Below, piece after piece: positions 1-10,083 of a stretch of 64,000 nt of DNA. Numbering within the stretch: the first letter of the stretch is position 1; the number at the start of each line of letters is the position of its first letter. A model generated the notes under the pieces. That model did no database searches and was not told where the DNA came from. It worked only from the letters and a program-made list of their open reading frames with translations. The translations under genes were made by a program, and so were the position numbers. Origin of the DNA: Spirochaetia bacterium (GTDB lineage: Bacteria > Spirochaetota > Spirochaetia > DSM-2461); the NCBI GenBank assembly GCA_963666985.2, contig CAXXIA010000002.1:1376001-1440000 (forward strand). Reading direction: 5' to 3'.

Positions 1-103
1 GGCCCTGACCGGATTCACACCCCGGACCGGGGATAAGTTCGCGGGTCGATGAGCAACATCGGCAAAAGCCGCCGGACCGTGCTTCAAACGTTTTCAGCGG
101 CAT
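1..103 (-). CDS. Possible 5' end of a gene following trpE (runs off window; product unknown)
   Basis: ATG at 103 with GGAGG 6 nt upstream, immediately after the trpE stop. The frame is open to the window edge (MPLKTFEARSGG...). No recognisable TrpG motif in the visible part. Confidence 0.25.
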   Translation of the reverse strand, partial: MPLKTFEARSGGFCRCCSSTRELIPGPGCESGQG

Positions 104-104
104 G

Positions 105-1517
105 CTAAACCTCCACCCCGGCCGCCAATGCCAGCGCCCGCAGTTTTTCATTCGATTCCTCCAGCTCGCGTTCAGGATTGGAATCGAACACGATACCGCC
201 GCCCGCCTGAAGGAAAAGACGGTTTTCCTTTTTCAAAGCGCTGCGAATGGTGATGCACGTATCCAGAGTGCCTCCGGGCTGCAGATAGCCCACGAGCCCC
301 GCATAAAAAGAACGCGGCATCTTTTCGATTCCGGCTATGGTCTTCACCGCCTGAATCTTGGGAGCGCCGGACACCGTTCCCGCCGGGAAGGTTGCCCGAA
401 TCACGTCCGCGGCATTCTTTCCCTCGGCCAGATCGCCTTCCACCTGACTGACGATGTGCATTACTTTCGAATACTTTTCGATGGTCATCATCTCGGTCAC
501 TTCCACCGACCCAACCTCGCAGACCCGGCCCAAATCATTACGCCCCAAATCCACAAGCATCAGATGCTCGGCCCGTTCCTTCTCATCCGCCAGCAGTTCG
601 GCGGCCAAGGCGCGATCCTCGGCTTCATTCCGGCCCCTCCGGCGTGTCCCGGCGATGGGCCTGAGAATAACTCGGCCGTGCTGCACCTTCACATGCACCT
701 CCGGAGAAGCGCCGAAAAGCTGCCAGGGACCGAAGTCCAGATAAAACTGATACGGCGAAGGATTGGAACTTCGAAGCGACCGGTACGCGTCCAGCGCCGG
801 CATCTCGGTGGCAATTTCCAGCCTCCTGGAAGGAACCGCCTGAAGAAGATTCCCTTTGATGATCTCCTGACGCACCTTGGAAACCGCCGTTTTGTAGTCG
901 TCGCTCTCTTCTTTTGAAGACGCGATGATGGCCGGATATTCAACGGTCTTTTCCATCATGTAATTGAAGTTCAGATCGTTAATCTTCGCTTCCGTACGGT
1001 CCAGCGCTTTCTCCAAATCGATATCGTCATCTCCGCCGTAATTCACGCCGATCAAATGCACCCGGTCCGTGTAATGATCGAAAATCACATAGACATGACC
1101 GAAGAGAAAAGCGGCCAAAGGCAGATTCAGGGGATCGGGTCTGTCGGGGAAAACCATCGAATCGCAATACGCGGCGAACTCAAACGAAAGAAAGCCGATT
1201 CCGCCGGCAGGGAAAGGAAACTCGGTTTCCACATCGGCATGACGGTCCGCGATCTCCTGGAGAACATCAAGAATGTCCCCGCCCTCTTCTCCGACATTGC
1301 GGCGCTCGGGGCCTCTGTACAAAACAACCGACTTGCCTTCCTGGCGTACCTGGAAAGCCTCCTCCACCAAAAGAACGGAATAACGCTCCCGGCCCCGGGA
1401 AAGAGATGATGATTCGAGAATCACCTTGGCATCCAGCTTCTTAGCCAGGCCGAACGGCGTATGTTTTTCTCCCGGCAGCGTTCTCATCGTCACACCGGCG
1501 GAACTGACGGCACTCAT
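105..1517 (-). CDS. trpE: Anthranilate synthase component I
   Basis: Motifs LESS..GRERYS, NPSPY, GASPE, PIAGTRRRG, KERAEHLMLVDLGRND, VMHIVS, FPAGTVSGAPK, CITIRS, QAGGGIV. ATG 1517 is preceded by a GGAGG RBS. Confidence 0.95.
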   Translation of the reverse strand: MSAVSSAGVTMRTLPGEKHTPFGLAKKLDAKVILESSSLSRGRERYSVLLVEEAFQVRQEGKSVVLYRGPERRNVGEEGGDILDVLQEIADRHADVETEFPFPAGGIGFLSFEFAAYCDSMVFPDRPDPLNLPLAAFLFGHVYVIFDHYTDRVHLIGVNYGGDDDIDLEKALDRTEAKINDLNFNYMMEKTVEYPAIIASSKEESDDYKTAVSKVRQEIIKGNLLQAVPSRRLEIATEMPALDAYRSLRSSNPSPYQFYLDFGPWQLFGASPEVHVKVQHGRVILRPIAGTRRRGRNEAEDRALAAELLADEKERAEHLMLVDLGRNDLGRVCEVGSVEVTEMMTIEKYSKVMHIVSQVEGDLAEGKNAADVIRATFPAGTVSGAPKIQAVKTIAGIEKMPRSFYAGLVGYLQPGGTLDTCITIRSALKKENRLFLQAGGGIVFDSNPERELEESNEKLRALALAAGVEV

Positions 1518-1606
1518 ATTAACCTCCGGTACCAATGTTTCACTTTAAGTATATGTATAGTTCAGAAAGCGTTTCTACTCATAGATGCATTGATACATCG
1601 AAGCAG

Positions 1607-1635
1607 AGTCTAGAGAAACGAGGTGTTCTTGTCAA
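1607..1635 (-). promoter_or_regulatory. Sigma70 promoter for trpE (TTGACA-N17-TAGACT)
   Basis: Minus-strand TTGACA at 1635-1630 and TAGACT at 1612-1607, with a 17-nt spacer. Confidence 0.7.
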
Positions 1636-1698
1636 TAGAAACGCATGGGAAACAGATTTAAGCCGTATCCGTCCGGAAACGGACCGCTCAGCCCTAAA

Positions 1699-1809
1699 AG
1701 GCTGTTGAAAAAATCAATGCCCGAAATGCTCACGTACAGCCGGTACGCTGCGCTTTCTGTGCCTGATTCGGCCTTGTCTTCGAAGAAAATCTTACTTTTT
1801 CAACATCCT
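1699..1809. mobile_element. MITE-like non-autonomous element (~111 bp)
   Basis: Terminal inverted repeats AGGCTGTTGAAAAA (1699-1712) and TTTTTCAACATCCT (1796-1809) match at 13/14. Internal CGTAC..GTACG palindrome; no coding capacity. Confidence 0.6.
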
Positions 1810-1963
1810 GCTGAACGCGCAAACACATCAAAAATCCGGGACAATCCCCGTGCGGATTCGGCGGCGGCTGCCCGGACGAAGTCTTCCCGCTTGCCTGGGG
1901 AATCGCCGGGCTTTTTTCCGGCGCCGGAAAGCGAACCATACAAACATCACCGCTCCGGCGGCA

Positions 1964-2536
1964 CTATCCCAAAGCCCGCTCTATCCTTTTCTGAATTCGC
2001 GGAGCTTTATTCTCATACCGACCGGAATCAGGAACGTTGATTATCTTGCGGATTTTATATCCTCCGGCGCCGAGGATTGTTTTCATGGCGCGGACCGCTC
2101 CTCGGCTCTGGGACGGCAGAAGATGATAGCCTGCCGGGGCGTTGCTCGCCGTAATGATAATCCCCGTTTTCCCTTTCTGCTTCTTAATGGGAATCCGGGA
2201 TACTTCGGGTTCGATATGCTCGAAAACGGGAACCAGCCTGTCGATGAGGATTTTTAACTGACCGGAAACATTCCCCCAATAGGTGGGCGAGGCCAGAATA
2301 AGCATATCGGCTTCCTCGATGAGTTCGGCAATCCGGTGCGCATCGTCCCTGGGTAAAACGCACGTTTTGTCGGGCCGGCATTTCAGACAGCCCAAACACG
2401 GCTTTACGTTAAGATCGTAGACCCGCTCGGTGCGGACATCCACGCCTTTCCGAATCAGAGTTCCGGCGACAATGGCACTCAAATCGGCCGTTACGCCTTT
2501 GCGGCGGGGTCCGCCTTCCAAAATCAGTGTTTTCAT
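1964..2536 (-). CDS. Flavodoxin-fold iron-sulfur flavoprotein / NAD(P)H-dependent FMN reductase family
   Basis: GGPRRKGVT, PCLGCLKC...C (CxxCxxC-x5-C), DDA, ASPTYWGNVSGQLKILIDR. Start taken at MKTLIL. Confidence 0.85.
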   Translation of the reverse strand: MKTLILEGGPRRKGVTADLSAIVAGTLIRKGVDVRTERVYDLNVKPCLGCLKCRPDKTCVLPRDDAHRIAELIEEADMLILASPTYWGNVSGQLKILIDRLVPVFEHIEPEVSRIPIKKQKGKTGIIITASNAPAGYHLLPSQSRGAVRAMKTILGAGGYKIRKIINVPDSGRYENKAPRIQKRIERALG

Positions 2537-2658
2537 CTTTTTTCCTCGCAAGTATAAGTATAGAACCCGCCCGGAGACTTTCTCTGTTTCCCGTTCTCGA
2601 AAATCAATCAAAGAATTAAGGGTGAAGTAATCTCAAAAATCGGCGATTTCTGAAACAA

Positions 2659-2690
2659 AGCCCCTCACAAGCGAGTTCCGGGGGGCTATC
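2659..2690 (-). terminator. Possible intrinsic terminator after the permease genes
   Basis: AGCCCC...GGGGCT stem followed by TTGTTT on the minus strand. Confidence 0.35.
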
Positions 2691-2776
2691 GGATTGAGGC
2701 GATTACATGAATGATGAAACGGCCTCAGATATCGGGAAACCTTAACCGCCTGCCGCATCCGCCCCGCAGAAGGTAT

Positions 2777-3307
2777 TCAACCGATGGAACGCTCTCCGCC
2801 TTTTGCGGACGGCGGAACGAACAAACGCCCGAGAATTTCCGAGCTGATGATAATCAGCGGCAGGGATACCATAAAGCGAACCAGGGTGAAGGGAACTCCC
2901 AAATACGTCGCTTCAAAAACACTCATGGGGATTCGGCAAACCGTGGAGAAGCCGAGAAATCCCAAAACGATCTGCAGCCGGGCACCCTTTTCCGAAAGAG
3001 ACTTGGCTATGGGCAGAGCAATAACCATAGGTGCCATTACGGAAAAGGCCAAAAGAAGCACCCAGAAATATCCCAAAAGGCCTCCCGTCTCTCCCAAGTG
3101 CTTCTCCACCAGAGATCGATCGATCCATACTTCAAAAAGCCCAATGAGAATAAAAGCGCCGGGAAACATTAAAATCATCGTTTTGGTAAAGTCCCAGCTG
3201 ATCCGTCCAAGCTTCATTCCCGGCTGCAGGCCGAATACAAATGAAGCGACAACAAAAACGACAAAAGCCGCGGCCAAACATAAATTGACGATATCGCCCT
3301 TTTTCAT
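2777..3307 (-). CDS. Predicted permease half (DUF318/ArsP-like)
   Basis: Hydrophobic; FILIGLFEVWI, HLGE, PIAKSLSEKGA, RIPMSVFEATYLG. Start overlaps the stop of the upstream permease half. Confidence 0.75.
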   Translation of the reverse strand: MKKGDIVNLCLAAAFVVFVVASFVFGLQPGMKLGRISWDFTKTMILMFPGAFILIGLFEVWIDRSLVEKHLGETGGLLGYFWVLLLAFSVMAPMVIALPIAKSLSEKGARLQIVLGFLGFSTVCRIPMSVFEATYLGVPFTLVRFMVSLPLIIISSEILGRLFVPPSAKGGERSIG

Positions 3308-3789
3308 GCCGCCAGTTCCCCGAAAATAAGACCCGTCACGAGCGCCGTCAGCATGGCCAGAATAAAAGCGGAAATATTGCGTGCCGCGGCGAGTTTCCAT
3401 CCCAGAACATCTTTCTCAAGACCGAAGGATAAAACGCCCACCATCATCAAGGTTGTCGTAAACGCCGACAAAACTGTGTAGGAAACCCCATGTTCCCGAA
3501 GAAGTCCGCAAAGAGGAAACACGATGAATCCGGGTATAAACGCTATGGAGCCGATAACCGCCGCAACAGCCGATCCGGCAAGAAGCCCATGCTCTTCGAG
3601 AATCTCCGCGATACGGTCCTCGGGGACAAAATACAAAACAACCGATACCGCAATTATAAAGATAAGAATCTGCGGAAGTATCTTCCAAAACTTCCGGGCG
3701 GCAATCTTCAGAGCCTCCGCGGTTTTTCGCGGGCTGAAGGCCGCGGAAAGCGCCAATGCGGCCCCGGCCGCTATATAAAGAATATTCAT
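3304..3789 (-). CDS. Predicted permease half (DUF318/ArsP-like)
   Basis: Hydrophobic; GSIAFIPGFIVFPL, AFTTTLMMVG, ARN. Translationally coupled to arsR. Confidence 0.75.
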   Translation of the reverse strand: MNILYIAAGAALALSAAFSPRKTAEALKIAARKFWKILPQILIFIIAVSVVLYFVPEDRIAEILEEHGLLAGSAVAAVIGSIAFIPGFIVFPLCGLLREHGVSYTVLSAFTTTLMMVGVLSFGLEKDVLGWKLAAARNISAFILAMLTALVTGLIFGELAA

Positions 3790-4091
3790 TTATCCGTTAA
3801 ATCCATTCCAAAAAAATCCATGCTCATTCTTCGTATTTCAAGCAGCCGGTTTTTATTCACCGCGTAATGCTTGAAGTATCCTTCCTTTTGAACCGTAACC
3901 AGCCGACAATTTTTCAGAACCTTCAGATGCTGAGAAACGGCCGACTGGCTGATGCCCAAATTACAGGCCAAACCATTCACGCAAATAGGATGCTTTGAGG
4001 AATTCAGGAGATTCAGAATTCTCAGTCTGTTCGAATCGGAAAGGGCTTGAAACACCTCCGCAAGCCGCTGCGTCCGCTGATCTTCAACCAT
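3786..4091 (-). CDS. ArsR/SmtB family transcriptional regulator
   Basis: FQALSDSNRLRIL, CVNGLA, ISQSAVSQHLKVLK winged HTH. Confidence 0.92.
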   Translation of the reverse strand: MVEDQRTQRLAEVFQALSDSNRLRILNLLNSSKHPICVNGLACNLGISQSAVSQHLKVLKNCRLVTVQKEGYFKHYAVNKNRLLEIRRMSMDFFGMDLTDK

Positions 4092-4093
4092 AT

Positions 4094-4113
4094 AAGTATA
4101 TTAGAATATACTT
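4094..4113. promoter_or_regulatory. Putative ArsR operator (perfect 9-2-9 inverted repeat)
   Basis: AAGTATATT-AG-AATATACTT directly upstream of the arsR ATG. Confidence 0.7.
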
Positions 4114-4309
4114 CATTACCAATGAAAGCAAGACCTTCGACCTTAAAGACTCCGCCGATCGGAGGAATCAAACCGGAGGAAAATGCGCGGCACTCAACGG
4201 CTCGCCGAAAGCATATATAAAATTTTCTCGTTCATTTGCCCGAGTAAGACTTGCCCTCACACCCAACTCATGCGAAATTGATTGTTAACAATTGAAAAGG
4301 GGAATTCAT

Positions 4310-5909
4310 ATGAAAAGATCACTTCTTCTCGTGCTCGTCATCACTACCCTTGCCGCATCGGCCTTCGCGAGCGGCGGCAAAGACGGCGGCGGAACAGCGG
4401 CCGCCGGCGGAAAATCGGGCGGAGTTCTCGTCTTCGGGCGTTCCGGTGATTCGGTCGGTCTGGATCCGGCCAGAGAAACCGACGGTGAATCGTTCTACGC
4501 CACCCACCAGGTCTTCGACACTCTGGTGGAATTCAAAACAGGAACCACCGAAGTCGTTCCCGCCCTGGCCACAAGCTGGGATGTTTCCGACGACAACCTT
4601 ACCTACACCTTCCACTTAAGGAAAGGCGTCAAATTCCACGACGGTACGCCGATGAATGCCGATGCCGTCGTGTTTTCCCTGGACCGCCAGCTTTCCGAAG
4701 ACCATCCCTACCATGACTACGGTCCCTGGAAGTACTGGACCAACTATATGGGAATGAGCGACATCGTCGAATCCATCACGGCAAAGGACGAACTCACGGT
4801 CGTATTCAAACTCCAGAAACCCGAAGCCCCGTTCATCGCCAACCTGGCCATGGATTTCGCCGGTATCGTTTCCCCCACCGCCTACAAAGCCAACCCCGAG
4901 GGATTCGCTTCCAATCCGGTGGGCACCGGTCCTTTCAAATTCGTTTCCTGGACCAAAGACTCCGACATCGTCCTTGACCGGAATGAGGATTACTGGGAGC
5001 CGGTCTATCTCGATCGCCTCATCCTTAAAGTCATCCCCGACGCAACCGCCCGCTGGCTGGCCCTGCAGAAGGGCGAAGTGGACATCATCGACTTCCCGGC
5101 CAGCCGACGATCTGCCGGCCATGAAAGCCGATCCCGACATTCAGCTCATCCAGCAAGCCGGCCTCAATGTCGGTTATCTGGCTCTGAACTGCGAAAAGGA
5201 ACCGTATGACGACGTCCGCGTCCGCCGGGCCATGAACTACGCCATCGACAGAAACGAAATCATCACGGCGGTCTACGGCTCGGCCGGACAGGTCGCCAAG
5301 AATCCCATTCCGCCGATCATGTGGTCCTATAACGACGACATCAAGCCCTATCCTTATGATCCCAAAAAGGCCAAGGCTCTTCTGGCCGAAGCCGGGTATC
5401 CGAACGGCTTCAAGACCGAGCTCTGGGCCATGCCCGTGGCGCGTCCCTACAATCCCGACGCCCGTAAAATCGCCGAAATTATGGACGCTCAGCTGGCCAA
5501 GGTCGGAATCGAGACGGAAATCATTTCCTATGAATGGGGCACATATCTGGACAAAACCGACATGGGCGAACACCAGGCGGCCATGCTGGGCTGGACCGGC
5601 GACAACGGCGATCCGGACAACTTCCTGTGGGTTCTCCTTTCGGCTCCCGCGGCCGTTCCGCCCGCCGGCAACATCGCCTTCTGGAAGAACGATGAATTCA
5701 CCGCGCTCATCAAGGAAGCCAAGGAAACCGCCGATACGGCCCGCCGTACCGAACTCTACCGCGAGGCCCAAGTGGTTTTCCACGAAGAGGCTCCGTGGGT
5801 TACCATCGCCCATTCGGTCGTAACGCTTTCGGCCGGCAACGCCGTAAAGAACTTCAAGATTTCTCCCACCGGCACCCGGGTGTTCAAGAGCGTCTGGCTC
5901 GAACAATAG
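4310..5909 (+). pseudogene. dppA: Dipeptide ABC transporter substrate-binding protein, split by a +1 frameshift near 5100 (pseudogene or sequencing error)
   Basis: One frame gives the signal peptide, LATSW, FHLRKGVKFHDG, PVGTGPFKF..DIIDFP. The +1 frame continues ADDL..GLNVGYLA..LWAMPVARPYNP..GWTGDNGDPDNF, typical of DppA. Confidence 0.85.
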
Positions 5910-5939
5910 GCCTCCTCAGGTCTATCAGCGTCTAAATGC

Positions 5940-5972
5940 AAACGGCCCGTCATTCCGGCGGGCCGTTTTTTT
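5940..5972 (+). terminator. Rho-independent terminator/stabilising hairpin after dppA
   Basis: AAACGGCCCG..CGGGCCGTTT followed by a T run. Confidence 0.85.
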
Positions 5973-6105
5973 GATTCATCCGAATGCCGCCGGTCGCCGC
6001 CGAAACAAACCGGTCGTTCAACCGTTTTCTCAGCCGGCGAAACCGGCCCGAATCGGCGCCGCGTTTCTTTTCCCCGGTGCCGGTCAAACAGTCTATAATG
6101 AACCT

Positions 6106-7122
6106 ATGCTGAAATTCATACTGAAAAGGCTGCTGCTCCTGATTCCGACGCTGCTGGGAGTGGTTACGCTGGTTTTCTTCATGATCGCGCTCGCGCCCGG
6201 CGATCCGGCCCGCATCATGCTCGGCGAACGCGCCAATGCCGAACAGCTGGCCCAGCTCCGCGCCGAACTGGGCTTGGATCAGCCCTTAAGCAAACAGTAT
6301 CTTCTCTACCTCGAACGCGTTCTTCACGGCGATTTGGGTAAATCCATCGTTTCCCAGCAAAAGATAACGGACGAACTCAAAGACCGCCTGCCGGCCACCA
6401 TAGAGCTGGCCATCACCGCGACAATCTTCGCTTCCGTCCTGGGCATCATCCTGGGAGTGGCCGCCGCCCGGAAACGCAATTCCTGGGTTGATTACACCAC
6501 CATGACCGGCGCCCTGGTGGGCGTGTCCATGCCCGTGTTCTGGCTGGCCCTGGTTCTCATCATGATCTTTTCCGTGGCCCTCGATCTGCTTCCCACAGGT
6601 GGACGGATTGATGTGCGGATGTACTTCAAACCCATTACGAATTTCTATTTAATCGACGGACTCATTCTCGGATTCCGGGGTGACGGCTTCAAAGTGTTCT
6701 GGACGGCCTTGAAGCATCTGATTCTTCCCACAATCGCCCTGGGCACCATTCCGCTGGCCATCATCGCCCGCACCACGCGCAGCAGCATGCTGGAAGTTCT
6801 CAAACAGGATTACGTTAAAACAGCCCGGGCCGCGGGAATCATGGAACAGAAAGTCGTGTACCGATACGCGCTGCGGAACGCCCTTCTTCCTGTTATCACC
6901 GTTATCGGCATTCAGTTCGGGCTGCTGCTCTCGGGGGCCATTCTCACCGAGACCATCTTTTCCTGGCCGGGCATTGGGAAATGGATTTACCATTCCATCA
7001 GCGCGCGGGACTTTCCCGCCGTACAAGGGGGCATCCTCTTCATCAGTTTTTTCTTCGTGATGATCAACCTGATAGTGGATCTGCTGTACTCGGTTATCAA
7101 TCCCCGGATCCGGCTGAAGTGA
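6106..7122 (+). CDS. dppB: Dipeptide ABC transporter permease
   Basis: PGDPARIMLG, GLDQPL, GVSMPVFWL, RSSMLEVLKQDYVKTARA, ETIFSWPGIG, NPRIR. Confidence 0.93.
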   Translation: MLKFILKRLLLLIPTLLGVVTLVFFMIALAPGDPARIMLGERANAEQLAQLRAELGLDQPLSKQYLLYLERVLHGDLGKSIVSQQKITDELKDRLPATIELAITATIFASVLGIILGVAAARKRNSWVDYTTMTGALVGVSMPVFWLALVLIMIFSVALDLLPTGGRIDVRMYFKPITNFYLIDGLILGFRGDGFKVFWTALKHLILPTIALGTIPLAIIARTTRSSMLEVLKQDYVKTARAAGIMEQKVVYRYALRNALLPVITVIGIQFGLLLSGAILTETIFSWPGIGKWIYHSISARDFPAVQGGILFISFFFVMINLIVDLLYSVINPRIRLK

Positions 7123-7129
7123 GGCGTCT

Positions 7130-8026
7130 ATGAGCGACAATACGAACCCGGCCATCATCGAATCGGACGCCGTTCCACCCGAACCCGGCTTTTGGAAAGA
7201 ATCCTGGTACCAGCTCACCCGGAACCGGGCCGCCATGGCCGGACTGGTCATCATCGCGATCTTCGCGCTCATGGCGATTTTGGCGCCCATCCTTGCTCCG
7301 GCCGATCCTCTGGAACAGACCATCTCCGCCCGCATGACCGCGCCGTTCACCGGCGGCTACATCCTGGGCACCGACGATTTGGGCCGCGACATGCTCTCGC
7401 GCATCATCTACGGCGGCCGAATCTCGCTGATTATCGGCGTGGTATCGGTGGGCATCAGCTTGGCGCTGGGACTCGTCCTGGGCCTGATCGCGGGCTATCT
7501 CGGCGGCTGGGTCGATAAACTGATCATGCGGATCATCGACATCATGCTGGCCTTCCCCTACATTCTGCTCACCATCGTTATCGTGGCCATCCTTGGACCG
7601 TCGCTGCTGAACGCCATGGTGGCCATCGGCATCAGCCAGATGCCCCGCTACGCCCGAGTTATCCGGGCCTCGGTACTGGCCGAGCGGGAACAGGATTACG
7701 TTTTGGCCGAACGCTCATTGGGCACGGGGAACCTGGAACTGATGTTCCGAACCATCCTGCCCAACGCTTTGGCGCCCACCATCGTCCAGGCCACCCTGGG
7801 CGTCGGCGAGGCCATCCTGAGCTCCGCCGGCTTAAGCTTTCTCGGACTCGGAGCCCAGCCGCCGACGCCCGAATGGGGTTTGATGATCGCGTCGAGCAAA
7901 CAGTTCATCACCAGCGCCTGGTGGATCGTTACCCTTCCCGGCATCGCCATACTCCTGGCCGTCCTGGGCTTCAACCTTCTGGGCGACGGACTGCGCGACA
8001 TCCTGGACCCGAGGCTGAGGGACTAA
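7130..8026 (+). CDS. dppC: Dipeptide ABC transporter permease
   Basis: LGTDDLGRDMLSRIIYG, LSFLGLGAQPPTPEWG, FNLLGDGLRDILDPR. Confidence 0.93.
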   Translation: MSDNTNPAIIESDAVPPEPGFWKESWYQLTRNRAAMAGLVIIAIFALMAILAPILAPADPLEQTISARMTAPFTGGYILGTDDLGRDMLSRIIYGGRISLIIGVVSVGISLALGLVLGLIAGYLGGWVDKLIMRIIDIMLAFPYILLTIVIVAILGPSLLNAMVAIGISQMPRYARVIRASVLAEREQDYVLAERSLGTGNLELMFRTILPNALAPTIVQATLGVGEAILSSAGLSFLGLGAQPPTPEWGLMIASSKQFITSAWWIVTLPGIAILLAVLGFNLLGDGLRDILDPRLRD

Positions 8027-8029
8027 AGC

Positions 8030-9070
8030 ATGAATGAAACCTCATCGAAAGAATTAAGCAAGAGAGAAACTGCGGCCGGAGAATTACTGGACATAGAAAA
8101 TCTCAGCATCAGCTTCAACACCCGCCGCGGCGTGGTCCGGGCGGTCCGAAACCTGAACCTCGCCATCAGGGAAGGCGAAACCCTGGCCCTGGTGGGAGAA
8201 TCCGGCTGCGGCAAATCGGTTACCGCGCATGCCGTTACCCGGCTGCTTCCCATGCCTCCGGGCGTTATCGAGAACGGCATCATTCGATTCCGCGGCACGA
8301 ATCTCCTGGAACTGCCGGAGAAAGAAATGCGCGCCCTAAGAGGGTCGAAAATCAGCATGATTTTTCAGGAACCGATGACCAGTCTGAATCCCGTGTTCAC
8401 CATCGGCACCCAAATCGCCGAGGTGTTCATCACGCACGAACATATCGGAAAAAAGGAAGCCTTTGAAAAAGCCGTCGATCTTTTGGATTTGGTTAAGATT
8501 CCCGACCCCTCGAAGCGGGCCCGTTCCTACCCGCATCAGCTCTCGGGAGGCATGCGCCAGCGAGCCATGATCGCCATGGCTCTCGCCTCGCCGGAACCCG
8601 GCCTGATGATCGCCGACGAACCCACCACGGCTCTGGACGTAACCATCCAGGCCCAAATTCTTCAGCTTTTGGGAGAATTAAAGCAGCGCGTCGGTATGGC
8701 CATCCTTTTGATTACCCACGATATGGGCGTGGTGGCCGAAACCGCCGACCGCGTGGCGGTGATGTACGCCGGACGAAAAGTCGAAGAGGCTCCGGTGGAA
8801 AGTCTCTTCGCCGATCCCCGCCACCCCTACACCGCGGGTCTGATGGGATGCCAGCCTTCCGCTCCGGCCAACCGCGGCGCCGAACGGCTCACCTCCATCG
8901 CCGGTTCCGTCCCGGATCTGCTCACCCTCAAAGAAGGCTGTCCCTTCGCCAACCGCTGCGGCAATGTTCTTCCCGAATGCCGCGAAACCTTCCCCGGTGA
9001 ATTCTTCGCCGGTCCCAACCACAGTTATTCATGCCGTAATCCGATGAAAGCCGGGGAGGCCGCCGAATGA
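8030..9070 (+). CDS. dppD: Dipeptide ABC transporter ATP-binding protein
   Basis: GESGCGKS Walker [19 protein letters not shown]-terminal CPF..RC..C..C oligo-HPY domain. Confidence 0.93.
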   Translation: MNETSSKELSKRETAAGELLDIENLSISFNTRRGVVRAVRNLNLAIREGETLALVGESGCGKSVTAHAVTRLLPMPPGVIENGIIRFRGTNLLELPEKEMRALRGSKISMIFQEPMTSLNPVFTIGTQIAEVFITHEHIGKKEAFEKAVDLLDLVKIPDPSKRARSYPHQLSGGMRQRAMIAMALASPEPGLMIADEPTTALDVTIQAQILQLLGELKQRVGMAILLITHDMGVVAETADRVAVMYAGRKVEEAPVESLFADPRHPYTAGLMGCQPSAPANRGAERLTSIAGSVPDLLTLKEGCPFANRCGNVLPECRETFPGEFFAGPNHSYSCRNPMKAGEAAE

Positions 9071-10083
9071 GTACCGCCGTGAAAATGAATCCGACCGCTT
9101 CCGAAACCGATGCGCCCGCCCCCCTCCTTTCGGCCCGCGACATTCGGAAAAACTTCATCATCAAAGACGACAGAAGTCCGGCACAGACCTTAAAAGCCGT
9201 GGACGGCGTTTCCCTGAACATTAATTCGGGAGAAGTGGTCGGCGTGGTCGGCGAATCCGGCTGCGGAAAATCCACCCTGGGCAAAACCCTGCTTCGGCTC
9301 CATGAACCCGACGGCGGCAGCCTTCTCTGGAAAGGGAAGGACATGACCGGCATCGAAGGCGCCGAACTGAAAAAGATGCGCCGCAGCATGCAGATAATCT
9401 TCCAAGATCCCTTCTCTTCTCTGAATCCCAGAAAGAAAATCCGGGACATCATCAGTCAGCCCCTGCGCGTTCACGGTATCGGCGACAAAGCGGAAATTGC
9501 CGAACGCACCGAAGCGGTCATGGCCGAAGTAGGCATCAATCCCGAATACTCAAGACGCTACCCGCATCAGTTTTCAGGCGGTCAGAGGCAGCGTATCGGA
9601 ATCGCCCGGGCTCTGGTGCTGAATCCCGAATTCGTCGTCTGCGACGAAGCGGTCAGCGCCCTGGACGTATCCATTCAGGCTCAAATTTTGAATCTGCTTC
9701 TGGATTTGAAAGAAAAATACGGATTTGCCAATCTCTTCATTTCGCATGATTTGTCGGTTGTCGAATTCCTCTCCGAACGCATCATGGTGATGTACCTCGG
9801 CCGTATCGTGGAAAAGGCCCCCAAGGTTGAATTGATGGCGAAACCTCTCCATCCCTATACGAAGGCGCTCCTTGACGCCTTCCCGACGGCCGATCCTTCC
9901 GTTCGCTCGTCGAAGAAGCAAATCGTGGTGGGCGATGTTCCCTCGCCGCTGAATCCGCCGAGCGGGTGCCATTTCCATCCGCGCTGCCCTCTTGCGGCCG
10001 ACCGGTGCCGCGAGGCCTATCCGCCGCTTCGGGAAACGGCCCCCGGCCGGGAAGTTGCCTGCTGGGCTGTGAACGGAAGTTAA
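9067..10083 (+). CDS. dppF: Dipeptide ABC transporter ATP-binding protein
   Basis: [41 protein letters not shown]. Confidence 0.93.
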   Translation: MSTAVKMNPTASETDAPAPLLSARDIRKNFIIKDDRSPAQTLKAVDGVSLNINSGEVVGVVGESGCGKSTLGKTLLRLHEPDGGSLLWKGKDMTGIEGAELKKMRRSMQIIFQDPFSSLNPRKKIRDIISQPLRVHGIGDKAEIAERTEAVMAEVGINPEYSRRYPHQFSGGQRQRIGIARALVLNPEFVVCDEAVSALDVSIQAQILNLLLDLKEKYGFANLFISHDLSVVEFLSERIMVMYLGRIVEKAPKVELMAKPLHPYTKALLDAFPTADPSVRSSKKQIVVGDVPSPLNPPSGCHFHPRCPLAADRCREAYPPLRETAPGREVACWAVNGS

